Notes under the pieces: generated by a model
What the model was told of the DNA's origin: nothing
Databases searched by the model: none
Seen by the model: only the letters and a program-made list of their open reading frames with translations
Source: an uncultured Candidatus Rokubacteria bacterium
GTDB taxonomy: Bacteria > Methylomirabilota > Methylomirabilia > Rokubacteriales > DASRDR01
Length of the DNA: 64,000 bases
NCBI GenBank assembly: GCA_963826115.1
Contig: CAWGVS010000010.1
Coordinates: 416,001-480,000, forward strand
Direction: 5' to 3'
Program-made: the position numbers and the translations under genes
In this document: positions 9,908-21,382 of the stretch, in pieces
How positions within the stretch are numbered: the first letter of the stretch is position 1
How the letters are laid out: each line of letters starts with the position of its first letter

Positions 9908-10447
9908 GTGCTGAAGAAGGTCCTCATCGTCCTGGCTGTGCTGGTCGTCATCCTCGTCGTGGTGACCGCCCTCCAGCCGTCCGAGTTCCACGTCGCGCGG
10001 GCGACCACCGTCGCCGCGCCTGCCCCGGTGGTGTTCGCGCAGGTGAACGACTTCCACAAGTGGGAAGCCTGGAATCCCTGGGCGAGGATCGACCCGACGA
10101 TGAAGCAGGAGTATCAAGGTTCTCCGGCGGGCGTCGGCGCCGTCTACACCTGGGTCGGCAACTCCGAGGTGGGCGAGGGGCGGATGACCGTCGTGGAGAG
10201 CCGCCCGAGCGACCTCATCCGGGTGAAGCTCGAGTTCTTCAAGCCGATGGCGGGCGAGAGCGTCGCCGAGTTCACCTTCACGCCAGACGGCGACCGGACG
10301 GCCGTGACGTGGAGCATGAGCGGGCGGAACAATTTCATCGCCAAGGCGATGTGCCTGGTGATGAACATGGACAAGATGATCGGCGGCCAGTTCGAGAAGG
10401 GCCTGGCGCAGATGAGGGTGGCGGCGGAAGCCGCCGCCAAAGGCTGA
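9908..10447 (+). CDS. SRPBCC/polyketide cyclase family protein with N-terminal membrane anchor
   Basis: 'VFAQVNDFHKWEAWNPW', 'GVGAVYTWVGNSEVGEGRM', 'MDKMIGGQFEKGL'. Confidence 0.88.
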   Translation: MLKKVLIVLAVLVVILVVVTALQPSEFHVARATTVAAPAPVVFAQVNDFHKWEAWNPWARIDPTMKQEYQGSPAGVGAVYTWVGNSEVGEGRMTVVESRPSDLIRVKLEFFKPMAGESVAEFTFTPDGDRTAVTWSMSGRNNFIAKAMCLVMNMDKMIGGQFEKGLAQMRVAAEAAAKG

Positions 10448-10458
10448 GGACTCGCCCG

Positions 10459-10875
10459 ATGGCGGAGGGTAGGGTTTTGAACACCGTTTTGTGGGTCCTG
10501 CAAGGGTTGCTGGCGCTCGTCTACCTGTTGTCGGGCGGCATGAAGTTCGTGATGTCGATCGAGGAAATGACGAAGGACATCGCCCTACCCGGGGCCTTCC
10601 TGCGTTTCATCGGGGTGGCCGAGGTCGTCGGCGCGCTCGGGCTGGTCCTGCCCGGCCTCACGGGCATCCGGCCAGGCCTCACGCCGCTGGCCGCCGCAGG
10701 GCTCGTGATCATCATGACCGGGGCGACGCTGATCACCGCCGCGACCGTGGGGATGCCGATCGTGCTGATCCCGCTGGCGGTCGGGCTCGCCGTCGCCTTC
10801 GTGGGTTACGGCCGCTGGCGTCTGGCGCCGCTCCGCAGCCGTGCCCGACCGTCGCCCGTTCGGCCGTCCCGCTAG
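10459..10875 (+). CDS. DoxX family membrane protein
   Basis: 'LWVLQGLLALVYLLSGGMK', 'FIGVAEVVGALGLVLP', 'LTPLAAAGLVIIMTGA'. Confidence 0.88.
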   Translation: MAEGRVLNTVLWVLQGLLALVYLLSGGMKFVMSIEEMTKDIALPGAFLRFIGVAEVVGALGLVLPGLTGIRPGLTPLAAAGLVIIMTGATLITAATVGMPIVLIPLAVGLAVAFVGYGRWRLAPLRSRARPSPVRPSR

Positions 10876-10947
10876 TCCCGCCGTCCTGATACGCTGAAGA
10901 TGCGGGGGGGCGCGCGACCCTACCGGGGCCGCCGCGGTCCTGCGATC

Positions 10948-12737
10948 ATGCCGGCCCGGATCGAGGACTACGCGCTCATCGGCGACTGTCACACCGCGGC
11001 CCTCGTGGCGCGCGACGGGTCGATGGATTGGCTGTGCTTGCCGCGCTTCGACTCCGGCGCGTGCTTCGCGGCCCTCCTGGGGTCGCCGGACCACGGCCGG
11101 TGGCGGGTCGGCCCGGCGGTGCCCGCGCGCGCGACCCGCCGGCGCTACCGGGGCGACAGCCTCGTCCTCGAGACCGAGCACGACGTGGACGGCGGCACGG
11201 TGCGGGTCGTCGACTGCATGCCGCCCCGGACCGCGGCCCCCGACGTCGTGCGGATCGTGGAGGGCGTCCGGGGACGGGTGCCAGTGCGGTCCGACCTGGC
11301 GATCCGGTTCGACTACGGCGCGATCGTGCCCTGGGTCCAGCGGTCCGAAGGGGGGATCCGGGCCATCGCCGGTCCGGACACGCTGTTTCTCAGGACCCCC
11401 GCGCCGCTCCGGGGCGAGGGCTTCACGACCGTCAGCGAGTTCACGGTGGGGGAAGGGGAGCGCGTCAGCTTCGACCTCACATGGTGCCCGACGTGCGACC
11501 TCCGGCCCGAGGCGATCGACGCCGAGGCCGCGGTCGCCGAGACAGAGCGGTGGTGGACCGAGTGGGCGGCGCGCTGCCGGTATCGCGGCCCGTGGCGGGA
11601 GGCGGTGACGCGCTCCCTCATCACCCTGAAGGCCCTGACCTACGCTCCGACCGGCGGCATCGTGGCCGCGCCGACGACGTCCTTGCCCGAGCGGCTGGGC
11701 GGGGTGCGCAACTGGGACTACCGCCTCTGCTGGATCCGCGACGCGACCTTCACGCTCTATGCCCTGATGCTCGGCGGCTACGTCGACGAGGCGCGAGCCT
11801 GGCGCGACTGGCTACTCCGCGCGGTCGCCGGCATGCCGTCGCAGATCCAGATCATGTACGGGATCGCGGGCGAGCGGCGACTCACGGAGCTGGAGCTCCC
11901 GTGGCTCCCCGGGTACGAGGGCGCGGCGCCGGTGCGGATCGGCAACGCCGCGTATGGCCAGCGCCAGCTCGACATCTTCGGGGAGGTGCTGGACGCCTTC
12001 CACGTGGCCCGGCGCGAGGGCCTGCCCGACGACGAGACGGCGTGGCGAGTCCAGCGCGAGCTGCTCGGCTACCTCGAGACGATCTGGCAGGAGCCCGACG
12101 AGGGGATCTGGGAGGTCCGCGGCCCCCGCCGGCACTTCACGCACTCCAAGGTGATGGCGTGGGTGGCGCTCGACCGCGCCGTGAAGGGGGTCGAGCGGTT
12201 CGGGCTCGACGGGGACGTCGGACGGTGGCGCGCCCTCCGGGACGCGATCCACGCGAGGTGTGCGAGAAGGGGTTCGACCCAGGCCGCCAGACGTTCGTCC
12301 AGTACTACGGGAGCCGCGAACCCGACGCGAGCCTCCTCATGATGCCGCTCGTCGGGTTCCTGCCGGCTTCAGACTCCCGCGTGCGCGGAACGGTGGCGGC
12401 CATCGAGCGGGAGCTCATGGCGGATGGGTTCGTGCGGCGCTACCTGCCCCATCCCGACGTGGACGGTCTCCCGCCGGGAGAGGGCGCTTTCCTGGCGTGC
12501 ACGTTCTGGCTTGCCGACAACCTGAGCCTGCTCGGCCGGGACGCCGACGCCCGCGCGCTCTTCGAGCGCCTGTGCGGGCTGGCCAACGATGTGGGACTCC
12601 TGTCAGAGCAGTACGACCCCGTGTCGCAGCGACTCGTTGGCAACTTCCCGCAGGCCTTCACGCACGTCTCGCTGATCAACACCGCCTGCAACCTCGCGGG
12701 CGGGCGCGGCCCTGCGGACCACCGGCCCGCGAGCTGA
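10948..12737 (+). CDS. Glycoside hydrolase family 15 (trehalase/glucoamylase-like), frameshifted near 12255
   Basis: 'IEDYALIGDCHTAALV', 'NWDYRLCWIRDA', 'PDEGIWEVRG' in one frame. The C-terminus 'EGAFLACTFW...LLSEQYDP...GNFPQAFTH' continues in the 11028..12737 frame after 'cacgcgaggtgtgc' (one base missing). Confidence 0.88.
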
Positions 12738-12761
12738 CACCGACTCACCCGGCCCTCCGCC

Positions 12762-12778
12762 CGTAACATATCGTAACA
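12762..12778. promoter_or_regulatory. Direct-repeat regulator site CGTAACA-N3-CGTAACA
   Basis: AT-rich patch ccgtaacatatcgtaacaatgtgtgatt upstream of the aminotransferase-ABC operon; 10-bp period. Confidence 0.45.
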
Positions 12779-12912
12779 ATGTGTGATTCGGCGGTCGGAC
12801 ACCGCGACGGCGGCTGGGCTATACTCCTCGCGACCCACGGCCGGGACGCCATCCGGTGCCGTGGCCCGCGATCGTGTCGCGGGACGATGTGTCGCGGACG
12901 AGAGGAGCGTGG

Positions 12913-14265
12913 ATGTCGGGGAGCGACGATCAGCGCCTGATGGCCCCTCGGTCGGAATCCGGCGCGCCTCTCGTCGCGGAGCCCGGATCGGAGCTCTCGG
13001 CGCGCTCGGCGGCCGTGTTCCCGGGCGCCTCGCTCGGCGAGTACAACCTCCCCGAGGACCTGGCCGTCGTCCTCACGAAGGGCGACGGGCCCGTGGTGTG
13101 GGACAGCACCGGCCGCCGATTCCTCGACTTCACGATGGGCTGGGGCTCGGTCCTGCTCGGGCACGCCCATCCCGCCGTGGTCGAGGCGGTCCGTCGCCAG
13201 GCGGGCCTCGGGTCCAACTTCGCCTACGTGAGCGCACCGGCCCTCGAGCTCGGCGAGGAGATCCAGCGCGCGATGCCCTGCGCGGAGCGCCTCCGCTTCT
13301 GCGCGTCCGGCACCGAGGCCACGGCGTACGCCGCGCGCCTGGCGCGCGCCTTCACCGGCCGGCCGCGGCTCCTGAAGTTCGAGGGCGCGTACCACGGCGC
13401 CAACGAGCTCGGGACGGTGAGCCTGTTCCCGCGTCGCCTCCACGACTTCCCGCGCGGCGAGCCGAGCTCGGCGGGGCTGCCCTCGAGCGCGGTGGCGGAT
13501 GTCCTCGTCGCCCCGTTCAACGACCTCGGGACGACGGAGGCCATCGTCCGGGCCCACCGGGACGAGCTCGCCGGGATCGTCGTCGAGCCGCTCCACCGCT
13601 GCACGTCGCCCCGGCCGGGTTTCCTCGCGGGGCTCCGGCGGCTGGCGTCGGAGACGGAGAGCCTGCTGATCTTCGACGAGACGGTCACCGGCTTCCGGTT
13701 GGCGTACGGCGGCGCCCAGGCCTACTACGGCGTCACGCCCGACCTGTGCGCCCTCGGCAAGGCGCTCGGCGGCGGCTATCCCCTCGGCGCAATCGCGGGG
13801 CGCGCCGACGTCCTCGACCTCGTCCGCGAGGACCGCTTCGGCGAGCCGCGCTACGTCTGGTACGCGTCGAGCCTCGGCGGGAACCCGGTCTCCGCGGCGG
13901 CCGGGCTGGCCGCGCTCGCGGAGCTCCGGAAGCCCGGGACCTACGCGCGCCTCTTCGCCCTGGGCGCGGCGCTCCGCGCGGGCCTCCGGGCCGTGCTCCG
14001 CGAGGAGGGCGTGACGGCCCACGTGCAGGGGGACGGCCCTCTCGCCGCGGTGGTGTTCACCGACGGCGAGGTGGTGGACTACCGCTCGGCCTTCCGCGCG
14101 GACCGCCAGCGGGCTCGCGCCTTCCTGCTGGGCCTGTTTCGCCGAGGCATCTTCCTCAACCCCATGTCGACGAAGCTCTACCTGTCGCTCGCCCATACCG
14201 AGCGAGAGATCGGCCTGTTCCTGGACGCGGCTCGCGCCACCCTGCGCGAGGACTGCCGTGCCTGA
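12913..14265 (+). CDS. Class III aminotransferase (glutamate-1-semialdehyde aminomutase-like)
   Basis: 'SGTEAT', 'KFEGAYHG', 'LIFDETVTGFR', 'PDLCALGKALGGGYPLG' (PLP lysine). GAGGAG RBS before ATG 12913. Confidence 0.88.
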   Translation: MSGSDDQRLMAPRSESGAPLVAEPGSELSARSAAVFPGASLGEYNLPEDLAVVLTKGDGPVVWDSTGRRFLDFTMGWGSVLLGHAHPAVVEAVRRQAGLGSNFAYVSAPALELGEEIQRAMPCAERLRFCASGTEATAYAARLARAFTGRPRLLKFEGAYHGANELGTVSLFPRRLHDFPRGEPSSAGLPSSAVADVLVAPFNDLGTTEAIVRAHRDELAGIVVEPLHRCTSPRPGFLAGLRRLASETESLLIFDETVTGFRLAYGGAQAYYGVTPDLCALGKALGGGYPLGAIAGRADVLDLVREDRFGEPRYVWYASSLGGNPVSAAAGLAALAELRKPGTYARLFALGAALRAGLRAVLREEGVTAHVQGDGPLAAVVFTDGEVVDYRSAFRADRQRARAFLLGLFRRGIFLNPMSTKLYLSLAHTEREIGLFLDAARATLREDCRA

Positions 14266-14341
14266 GCCCCGCCCGAGGACGGTGGCCGCGGCCGACGGAC
14301 CTGACCCCCCTCGTCCGACACCCCGAACCGGAGGAGAAGTC

Positions 14342-15331
14342 ATGAAGCGCACGCTCGTTCTACTCGTCCTCGCCGCGGTCCTCTCGGCGCTCGCGGGCCC
14401 CGCCGCCGCGCAGGACATCAACGCCTACATGGGCACGTCGCCGGAGAACAACGTCAAGATCGTCAACTTCATCAAGGAGAAGACGGGCATCACCGTCAAC
14501 CAGACGTTCCAGTCCTTCGGCGAGATCGAGGCGCGGGTGAAGGCCGAGGCCCCGAACTTCAACGCCGACATGATCATCGGCTGCGGGTCCGCGCTCGGCT
14601 TCCTGGCCAAGAAGAGCGGCTGGTCGGTGCCCTACGTCTCGCCCGGCTGGAAGGGCGTGGCGGACGTCTTCATGGACCCGCAGGGCGACTGGTACAACAT
14701 CGCCAACTTCTCCTTCGTCCTGGTCGGCAACAAGGACCGGCTCGCCAAGGCGGGCTACGCGATGCCCAAGAGCTGGAAGGAGCTCCTGGACCCGAAGTGG
14801 AAGGGCGAGATCGTCATGCCCTCGCCGTTCAGCTCCGGCACCGCCAACATGATGCGCTACTCGTTCCTCGCGCTCTACGGCGACGCCGAGGGCTGGAAGT
14901 TCCTCGAGGCGCTCGATCAGAACATCCACCACTACACGCGGAGCGGCAACGCGCCCACCGACCTGGTCGGGCGCGGCGAGTTCATGCTGGGGCTCACCTC
15001 GGACGAGAACGTGAAGAAGCGCCTCGACGACGGCTACCCGCTGCTCTGGTCGGTGCCCGAGGAAGGCACCGGGTACGACGGCACGTTCGCCCTCGTCCTG
15101 AAGGGGACCAAGAAGCCCGACCTGGCCAAGAAGGTCGTCGACGCGCTCGGCACCCCCGAGTTCTCGGCGCTGATGGCCGGGATCGGGTACGCCACGCCGC
15201 GGCCGGCGCCGAACGCCCTCTACGGCAGCACGCCGCCCAAGTACATCAAGGTCGATCTCGCCAAGGCGGCCGACGACAAGGCGAAGAACAACGACATCTG
15301 GAAGTCCAAGCTCCGCTCGGACTTCAAGTAG
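14342..15331 (+). CDS. ABC transporter substrate-binding protein (Fe3+/aminophosphonate/polyamine-type cluster)
   Basis: Signal peptide MKRTLVLLVLAAVLSALAGPAAA; 'PKSWKELLDPKWKGEIVMPSPFSSGTA', 'HHYTRSG', 'VPEEGTGY'. Confidence 0.88.
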   Translation: MKRTLVLLVLAAVLSALAGPAAAQDINAYMGTSPENNVKIVNFIKEKTGITVNQTFQSFGEIEARVKAEAPNFNADMIIGCGSALGFLAKKSGWSVPYVSPGWKGVADVFMDPQGDWYNIANFSFVLVGNKDRLAKAGYAMPKSWKELLDPKWKGEIVMPSPFSSGTANMMRYSFLALYGDAEGWKFLEALDQNIHHYTRSGNAPTDLVGRGEFMLGLTSDENVKKRLDDGYPLLWSVPEEGTGYDGTFALVLKGTKKPDLAKKVVDALGTPEFSALMAGIGYATPRPAPNALYGSTPPKYIKVDLAKAADDKAKNNDIWKSKLRSDFK

Positions 15332-15412
15332 GCGAGGGCGCGCGAGACTCATGCGGCACGGCGCCCGCTGACCCGTCCGGACGTCGTGCGGTCGCGACCG
15401 GGCTCGAGCGTG

Positions 15413-17101
15413 ATGACGATCGGTCCGGGCGCGGCCGCGCCCGGGCGGGCCGTGCCCCGCCTCGCGCGCTTCCTGAACGCGAACCTGATCGGTCTCCTCG
15501 CGGCTGGGCTGTTCCTGCTGCTGGCGTTCTTCCTCCTCTACCCGATCGCCGCGGTCTTCGCGAAGTCGGTCCGGGGACCGGACGGCTTCACGCTCCAGTA
15601 CTACCGGGCCTTCTTCGGGAAGGGCTACTACTTCCGGTCGCTCTACAACACGCTCCTCCTCGGCGCCGTCAACACCGCGGTGTGCCTGACGGTCGGCTTC
15701 TGCCTCGCCTACATGACGACGCGCGGGCCCTGGCTCCTCCGGCGGCCCCTGAAGCTGATCGCGCTGGTCCCGCTGATCGCGCCGCCGTACCTCTTCGCGC
15801 TCTCGCTGATCATCCTCCTCGGTCGCAACGGGCTGATCACGCGGGCGCTCGACCTCAAGTGGCAGCTCTACGGCTTCGGCGGTGTCGCCCTGTCCCAGGC
15901 CCTGGCGTTCATCCCGCTGGCGTACCTGATGATCGAGAGCTCCCTCGTCTCGCTCGACCCCAACCTCGAGGAGAGCGCGTACGACATGGGGGCGTCCGAG
16001 GCCACCATCCTCCGCACGATCACGATCCCGCTCCTGGCCCCCGGGCTCCTCAAGGCCGCGCTCCTCATCTTCGTCATGACGATCGCCGAGTTCGGGAACG
16101 CCGCGATCCTCGGCGGGCGCACGCCCTTCCTGGCGCCCGACACCTACACGCTGATCACCGGCGAGTCCGACTTCAACATGGGGAGCGTCCTGTCCGTCGT
16201 GCTGATCGCGCCCTGCGTCGTGATCTTCATCCTGCACAGCCGGCTCCTCGAGGGGCGGAAGTACACGACGATCGGAGGGAAGCCCGTCGCCGCCCAGCCG
16301 AGGCGGATGAGCCCCCTGATCCGGGTGCCCTTCGTGACGATCGCGACCGGGGCCGCGGCGGCGATCTGCCTGTGCTTCGCGGTCGTGCTCGTCGCCTCGT
16401 TCTACAAGATCCTCGGGGTGACCACCCAGGCGACGCTGGCGAACTACCTGGACTTCACGTCGAACCGCGCGATCTACAACAGCATCCGCGTGAGCTTCGT
16501 GGCGGCGGTCATCGGCGCGTTCGTGGGCGTGCTCCTCGCCTACGTCATCGTGCGGGGGCGCTTTCCCGGCCGGTCCGTCATCGAGGCGGTGTCCCTGTCC
16601 GGGTTCGCGCTCCCGGGAACCGTCCTCGGCATCGGGTACCTCCTCGCCTTCAGCGCGCCGCCGCTCAAGCTCACCGGCGGGATCATGATCCTGGCGCTCA
16701 ACTGCGTGTTCCGCTTCCTCGCGGTGGGCGTCGAGGCGGGGGTCAGCAAGCTCCACCAGATCCACGTCGAGATCGAGGAGGCGTCGACGGACCTCGGCGC
16801 CGGCTCCCTGACCACGTTCTTCCGCATCGTCCTGCCCATCATGTTCCCGGCCTTCGTCGCGGGCTTCATCTACACGTTCATGACCGCCATCGTGTCGCTG
16901 AGCGCGATCGTGTTCCTGGTCAGCCCCGGCTTCGAGCTGGCCGCGGTCCGGATCTTCGACGCCGCGGTCTACGGGGAGATCGGCATCGCCGCGGCGACGA
17001 CGATGAAGCTGGTCCTGACCGTCCTCCTCTGCATGATCGCGCTGGGCTACGTGTCGCGAAAGGCGCGGATCGGCGCGGGCGTGACCCGGACCGCGGCATG
17101 A
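15413..17101 (+). CDS. ABC transporter permease with two TM modules (FbpB-like)
   Basis: Two EAA loops ('LEESAYDMGAS', 'IEEASTDLGAG'); about 12 hydrophobic segments. Confidence 0.9.
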   Translation: MTIGPGAAAPGRAVPRLARFLNANLIGLLAAGLFLLLAFFLLYPIAAVFAKSVRGPDGFTLQYYRAFFGKGYYFRSLYNTLLLGAVNTAVCLTVGFCLAYMTTRGPWLLRRPLKLIALVPLIAPPYLFALSLIILLGRNGLITRALDLKWQLYGFGGVALSQALAFIPLAYLMIESSLVSLDPNLEESAYDMGASEATILRTITIPLLAPGLLKAALLIFVMTIAEFGNAAILGGRTPFLAPDTYTLITGESDFNMGSVLSVVLIAPCVVIFILHSRLLEGRKYTTIGGKPVAAQPRRMSPLIRVPFVTIATGAAAAICLCFAVVLVASFYKILGVTTQATLANYLDFTSNRAIYNSIRVSFVAAVIGAFVGVLLAYVIVRGRFPGRSVIEAVSLSGFALPGTVLGIGYLLAFSAPPLKLTGGIMILALNCVFRFLAVGVEAGVSKLHQIHVEIEEASTDLGAGSLTTFFRIVLPIMFPAFVAGFIYTFMTAIVSLSAIVFLVSPGFELAAVRIFDAAVYGEIGIAAATTMKLVLTVLLCMIALGYVSRKARIGAGVTRTAA

Positions 17102-18226
17102 CGGCATCCACCCCGGCCGCCACTCCGGACGCGGACACCGGACGCCCCATGCTCGCCCTCCGGGACGTGCGGAAGTTCTACGGCCGCCACGAGGTCATCA
17201 AGGGCGTGTCGCTCGAGGTGAAGCGGGGCGAGCTCGTGACCTTCGTCGGGCCCAGCGGGTGCGGGAAGACGACGCTCCTCCGGCTGATCGGCGGCTTCAC
17301 CGACGTCTCGTCGGGCGACATCGTCCTCGACGGCCAGCGCGTGAACGACCTGCCGCCGAACCTCCGGGACACCCGGATCTGCTTCCAGAATTACGCGCTG
17401 TTCCCCCACATGACGGTGGCGGGCAACATCGGCTACGCGCTCCGGATCCACGGCTGGTCCCGGAAGGCGATCGCCGACCGGGTGACGGAGCTCCTCGAGA
17501 TGGTCGAGCTCGCGGGCTACGGGGACCGCATGATCGACAAGCTCTCGGGCGGCCAGCAGCAGCGGGTCGCCTTCGCGCGGGCGCTGAGCCTCGAGCCCAA
17601 GGTGCTCCTCCTCGACGAGCCGCTCTCGAACCTCGACGCCAACCTCCGGCTCGTGATGCGCGAGGAGATCCGGAAGCTCCAGGGCCGGCTCGGGATCACG
17701 ACCGTGCTCGTGACCCACGACCAGTTCGAGGCGATGGCGATCTCCGACCGCCTCGCGGTGATGCGGGACGGGGTCGTCGAGCAGGTCGGAAGCCCGATCG
17801 AGATCTACGAGCGACCCGCGACGGAGTTCGTCGCGGGCTTCGTCGGCTACGTGAACTTCCTGGAGGGCCGGCTCGCGGCGGTCGACGAGACGCGCGGGGC
17901 GGCCGTCGTCGAGACCGCCCACGGGGCGATCGACGTGGCGCTCGAGCAGCCGGGGCTCGCGCCCGGGCGATGACGTCCTGATGGTCATCCGACCGGAGAG
18001 CGTCGGGCTGTCGCTCGACTGCGAGTCGCCGCGGCGGAACGTGCTCGTCGGCACCCTCGAGACGTACATGTACGCGGGGTCCCTGGCGAAGTGCACCGTG
18101 GCGATCGGCGGCCGCACCATGATCGTCGACCAGTACAACCCGCGGGACGCGCGCCACTTCAAGGATGCGCGCCGGGTCGCGGTCGAGATTCCGCGGAGCG
18201 TCCACCTCCTGAAGCGGTCGCGGTAG
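17098..18226 (+). CDS. ABC transporter ATP-binding protein (FbpC/PotA-like) with TOBE domain, frameshifted near 17965
   Basis: Walker A GPSGCGKTT, LSGGQQQR, LLLDEPLSNLD. The TOBE tail 'MVIRPESV...' is in the next frame after 'gcgcccgggcgatgac' (one extra base). Confidence 0.88.
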
Positions 18227-18233
18227 GCGCGAT

Positions 18234-18560
18234 TCAGGCCCGGTCCACGAGGACGAACACGCACCCCGTCTCCGAGTGAACGTCCTCGTCGACGCTGCCG
18301 GCGGCGGCGACGCTCGCCCAGCCGGGTCCGAGGCGCCGGCCGTTCTGGACGAGCTCGCCCTCGAGGACGAAGAGGAACTCCGGCCGCTCGTGGGCGTGGA
18401 TCGGGAACCGGGCTCCGGGCTCGAAGCGCACCACCTGCATCTCCCAGCCGTCGGTGACGGCGACGTCCTTCACGTGGACTCCGGTGGCGAACGTCGACGG
18501 CCGCCAGGGAAGGCGGTCCGTGTCGACGGTCCGGACGGCCCCACGCGCGAGCTGGCTCAT
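18234..18560 (-). CDS. Cupin domain protein (ChrR-like)
   Basis: 'VRFEPGARFPIHAHERPEFLFVLEGEL...VHSETGC'; GAGGAGG RBS. Confidence 0.8.
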   Translation of the reverse strand: MSQLARGAVRTVDTDRLPWRPSTFATGVHVKDVAVTDGWEMQVVRFEPGARFPIHAHERPEFLFVLEGELVQNGRRLGPGWASVAAAGSVDEDVHSETGCVFVLVDRA

Positions 18561-18623
18561 CGGGGTCGCCTCCTCGCCCGCGATGACATCCGCCCTCTCG
18601 GACGGACCGCTCAGGCTGCCTCG

Positions 18624-18639
18624 TACGACCAAAGTCGTA
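18624..18639. promoter_or_regulatory. Palindromic operator TACGAC-N4-GTCGTA
   Basis: Perfect 6-bp inverted repeat in the divergent intergenic region. Confidence 0.4.
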
Positions 18640-18760
18640 TGGACCACCCCGATCCCGGGACCGATACTGAGGCCGCCTGGGGTATCGCTCGAGAGTGGGC
18701 AGCCAGGTGTACGTTGAAGGTTCCACCGCCCGGCGTGACGGGGGTGAAGGGAGACGAGAG

Positions 18761-21218
18761 ATGGATGACCCCGTGATGAGGCCGAGCGAGCCGCGCCTGC
18801 CCGTGACGCGTCCGGAGCCGCCCGCGGTCGGGCTGATGAGCCGACGAGCGGCGCTGGGCGGGCTGATCGTCCTCGCGTGGGAGGCGCGGGCGCTGGCCCA
18901 GACCCCGCCGGGGGGCGCGAGCCCGCCGATGTCCGCCGCGGACGCCCTGGCGGCGCGCGGCGCGCCGACCCCGGCGGACTGGCCCCGGGTGGTGAAGACG
19001 GGCGACACCACGATCGAGTACTACCTGCCCCAGCTCGACTCCTGGGACGGCCGCCGCCTCGAGACGCACAGCGCGGTCAGCATCCAGACCTCGGCGAAGG
19101 CGCCGCCCGTGTTCGGCGTCGCCGTCGTCGTGGCCGACACCCAGGTGGACAAGGGCGCGCGCCAGGTGACCCTCGAGAACGTCCGGATCGAGAAGGTGAC
19201 GTTCCCCTCGGCGACGGCCCAGGAGGCGGCCTACCAGAAGCTCCTGCAGCAGAGCATCCCCGCCAAGGTCCGCACGATCGAGCTGGACCGGCTGGAGACC
19301 GCGCTGTCGATGAGCGAGCAGAAGGAGAAGGGCGAGTCGAAGCCCCTCAAGAACGACCCGCCGAAGATCGTGTTCTCGACGACGCCGGCCATCCTCGTCC
19401 TGATCGATGGCGCGCCGGTGTACCGGCCGGTCCCGGGGAGCACCAGCTACACGCGGGTCGTGAACACGCGTCCGCTCATCCTGAAGGACACGGGCGGGAA
19501 GCACTTCCTCCGGCTCTTTGACGGGTGGATGACCGCCACCGCCTTCACGGGACCATGGACCGTCGCCCCCACCGTGCCCGGGGGCGAGCTCGACAAGCTG
19601 GTCCAGAATCTGTCGAAGACGCAGTCCCTGGACCTCCTCGACTTCGTGGACCCGAAGGACCCGAAGAGCCGGCCGACCCTGGCGAAGGGCCCGGTCCCCA
19701 CGGTCGTGGTGGCGACCGAGCCCACCGAGCTGATCGTGACGCAGGGGGAGCCGAACTACTCGCCCATCGACGGCACCCAGCTCCTCTACGCGTCGAACAC
19801 GACCGGCCACGTCTTCAAGCACCTCGGCGACCAGCGGACCTACGTGCTGGTGACCGGGCGCTGGTTCCGCGCGGAGGCGCTTGCGGGTCCGTGGACGTTC
19901 GTTCCCGGCAAGGACCTCCCGCCGGACTTCGCGAAGATCCCCGACGAGAGCCCGAAGGAGAACGTGAAGGCGTCGGTGCCCGGCACTCCGCAGGCCGGAG
20001 AGGCCGTGATCGCGAACAGCCTGCCCGAGACGGCGGCGATCAAGATCAGCGAGGCGAAGCTTCCGGTGCCGAAGTACGACGGACCGCCCCAGCTCAAGCC
20101 GATCGAGGGCACGCCGCTGTCCTACGTCGTGAACAGCCCGCTGCCGGTGATCCACGTCCCGCCGGACCAGTACTACGCCCTCCAGAACGGGGTCTGGTTC
20201 GTCGCCCCGTCGCCCCAGGGACCGTGGAAGGTCGCGACCACCGTGCCCCCGGTCATCTACTCGATCCCGCCGAGCTCGCCGCTGCACTACGTCACCTACG
20301 TCTACGTGTACCGGGCGACGCCCCAGGTGGTGTACGTCGGCTACACGCCGGGGTACTACAGCGTCTACGTGTCCGACGGCGTCGTGGTCTACGGCACCGG
20401 CTACTCGTACGTGTCGTGGGACGGCACCGTCTGGTACGGCACGCCGGTCACCTACGGGTTCGCGACCGCTCCGACCTACACGCCGTGGACCGGCTGGGTC
20501 ATGGGCTTCGGCTTCGGGCTCGCGTTCGGTGCCGCGACGGCCGGCTGGGGCTGGGGCTCCTACCCCTGGTGGGGTCCCTATCACTATGGTTACGGCTCCG
20601 GCCGGGCCGTCGGGCCGTACGGCGCCGCGGCGTGGGGTCCCGGTGGCTGGGCCGCGACCACCGGGAACGTCTACAGCCGGTGGGGCGACACCGCTGCGGT
20701 CACCCGCCACTCGGCGGGCTACAACGCGTGGACGGGGAACGCATGGGCGGGCGGCGCGGGGATGTCCTACAACTCGCGGACCGGCACCGTCGCGGCCGGC
20801 CAGCGGGGCGTCGTCAGCAACGCCTACACCGGCAACTACGCCTACGGGGGGCGCGGCGCCGCGGTGAACCCGAACACGGGGCAAGCGGTGTCGGCGCGGA
20901 CGCGTGACGGCGGGGAACGCCTACTCCGGCCAGGCCGGCTCGGCCGGCTACGTCCGGGGGGAGCAGGGCGGTGTGGCCCGAGTCGGCAACGACGTCTACG
21001 CCACCCGCGACGGCTCGGTCTACCGCAACACGGGCAGCGGCTGGCAGCAGAACAGCGGCAGCGGCTGGGGCAACGTGAGCGAGCCGGCGCGCACGCAGTC
21101 GCTCAACAACGAGGCCCAGGCCCGCTCGAGCGGCCAGACCCGCGTCAACAACTACCAGGCATCGGGCGGATACCGCGGCGGGGGCGGCGCTCGCGGGGGC
21201 GGCGGCCGACGGCGGTAA
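18761..21218 (+). CDS. Large exported Pro/Tyr/Trp/Gly-rich protein of unknown function (copy 1), frameshifted near 20896
   Basis: Tat-like 'MSRRAALGG' signal; extensive similarity to 49327..51693. The Gly-rich tail 'NDVYATRDGSVYRNTGSGWQQN...GGGRRR' is in the 20904..21218 frame. Confidence 0.8.
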
Positions 21219-21382
21219 CGCGCGTCGGCGCCGGCGCGTCGTTCGACCGCGGCGACGGCTCGATGGTACGCCATGGGGCGTTTGCCCCGTCGCGCCGCGG
21301 CCGTGACTCGATCGCGGGGAGTCACACAACCAGCGGGCAATGGTCCCGGCGAGGAGACCGGCCCGGGACAGGGGAAATCGCG

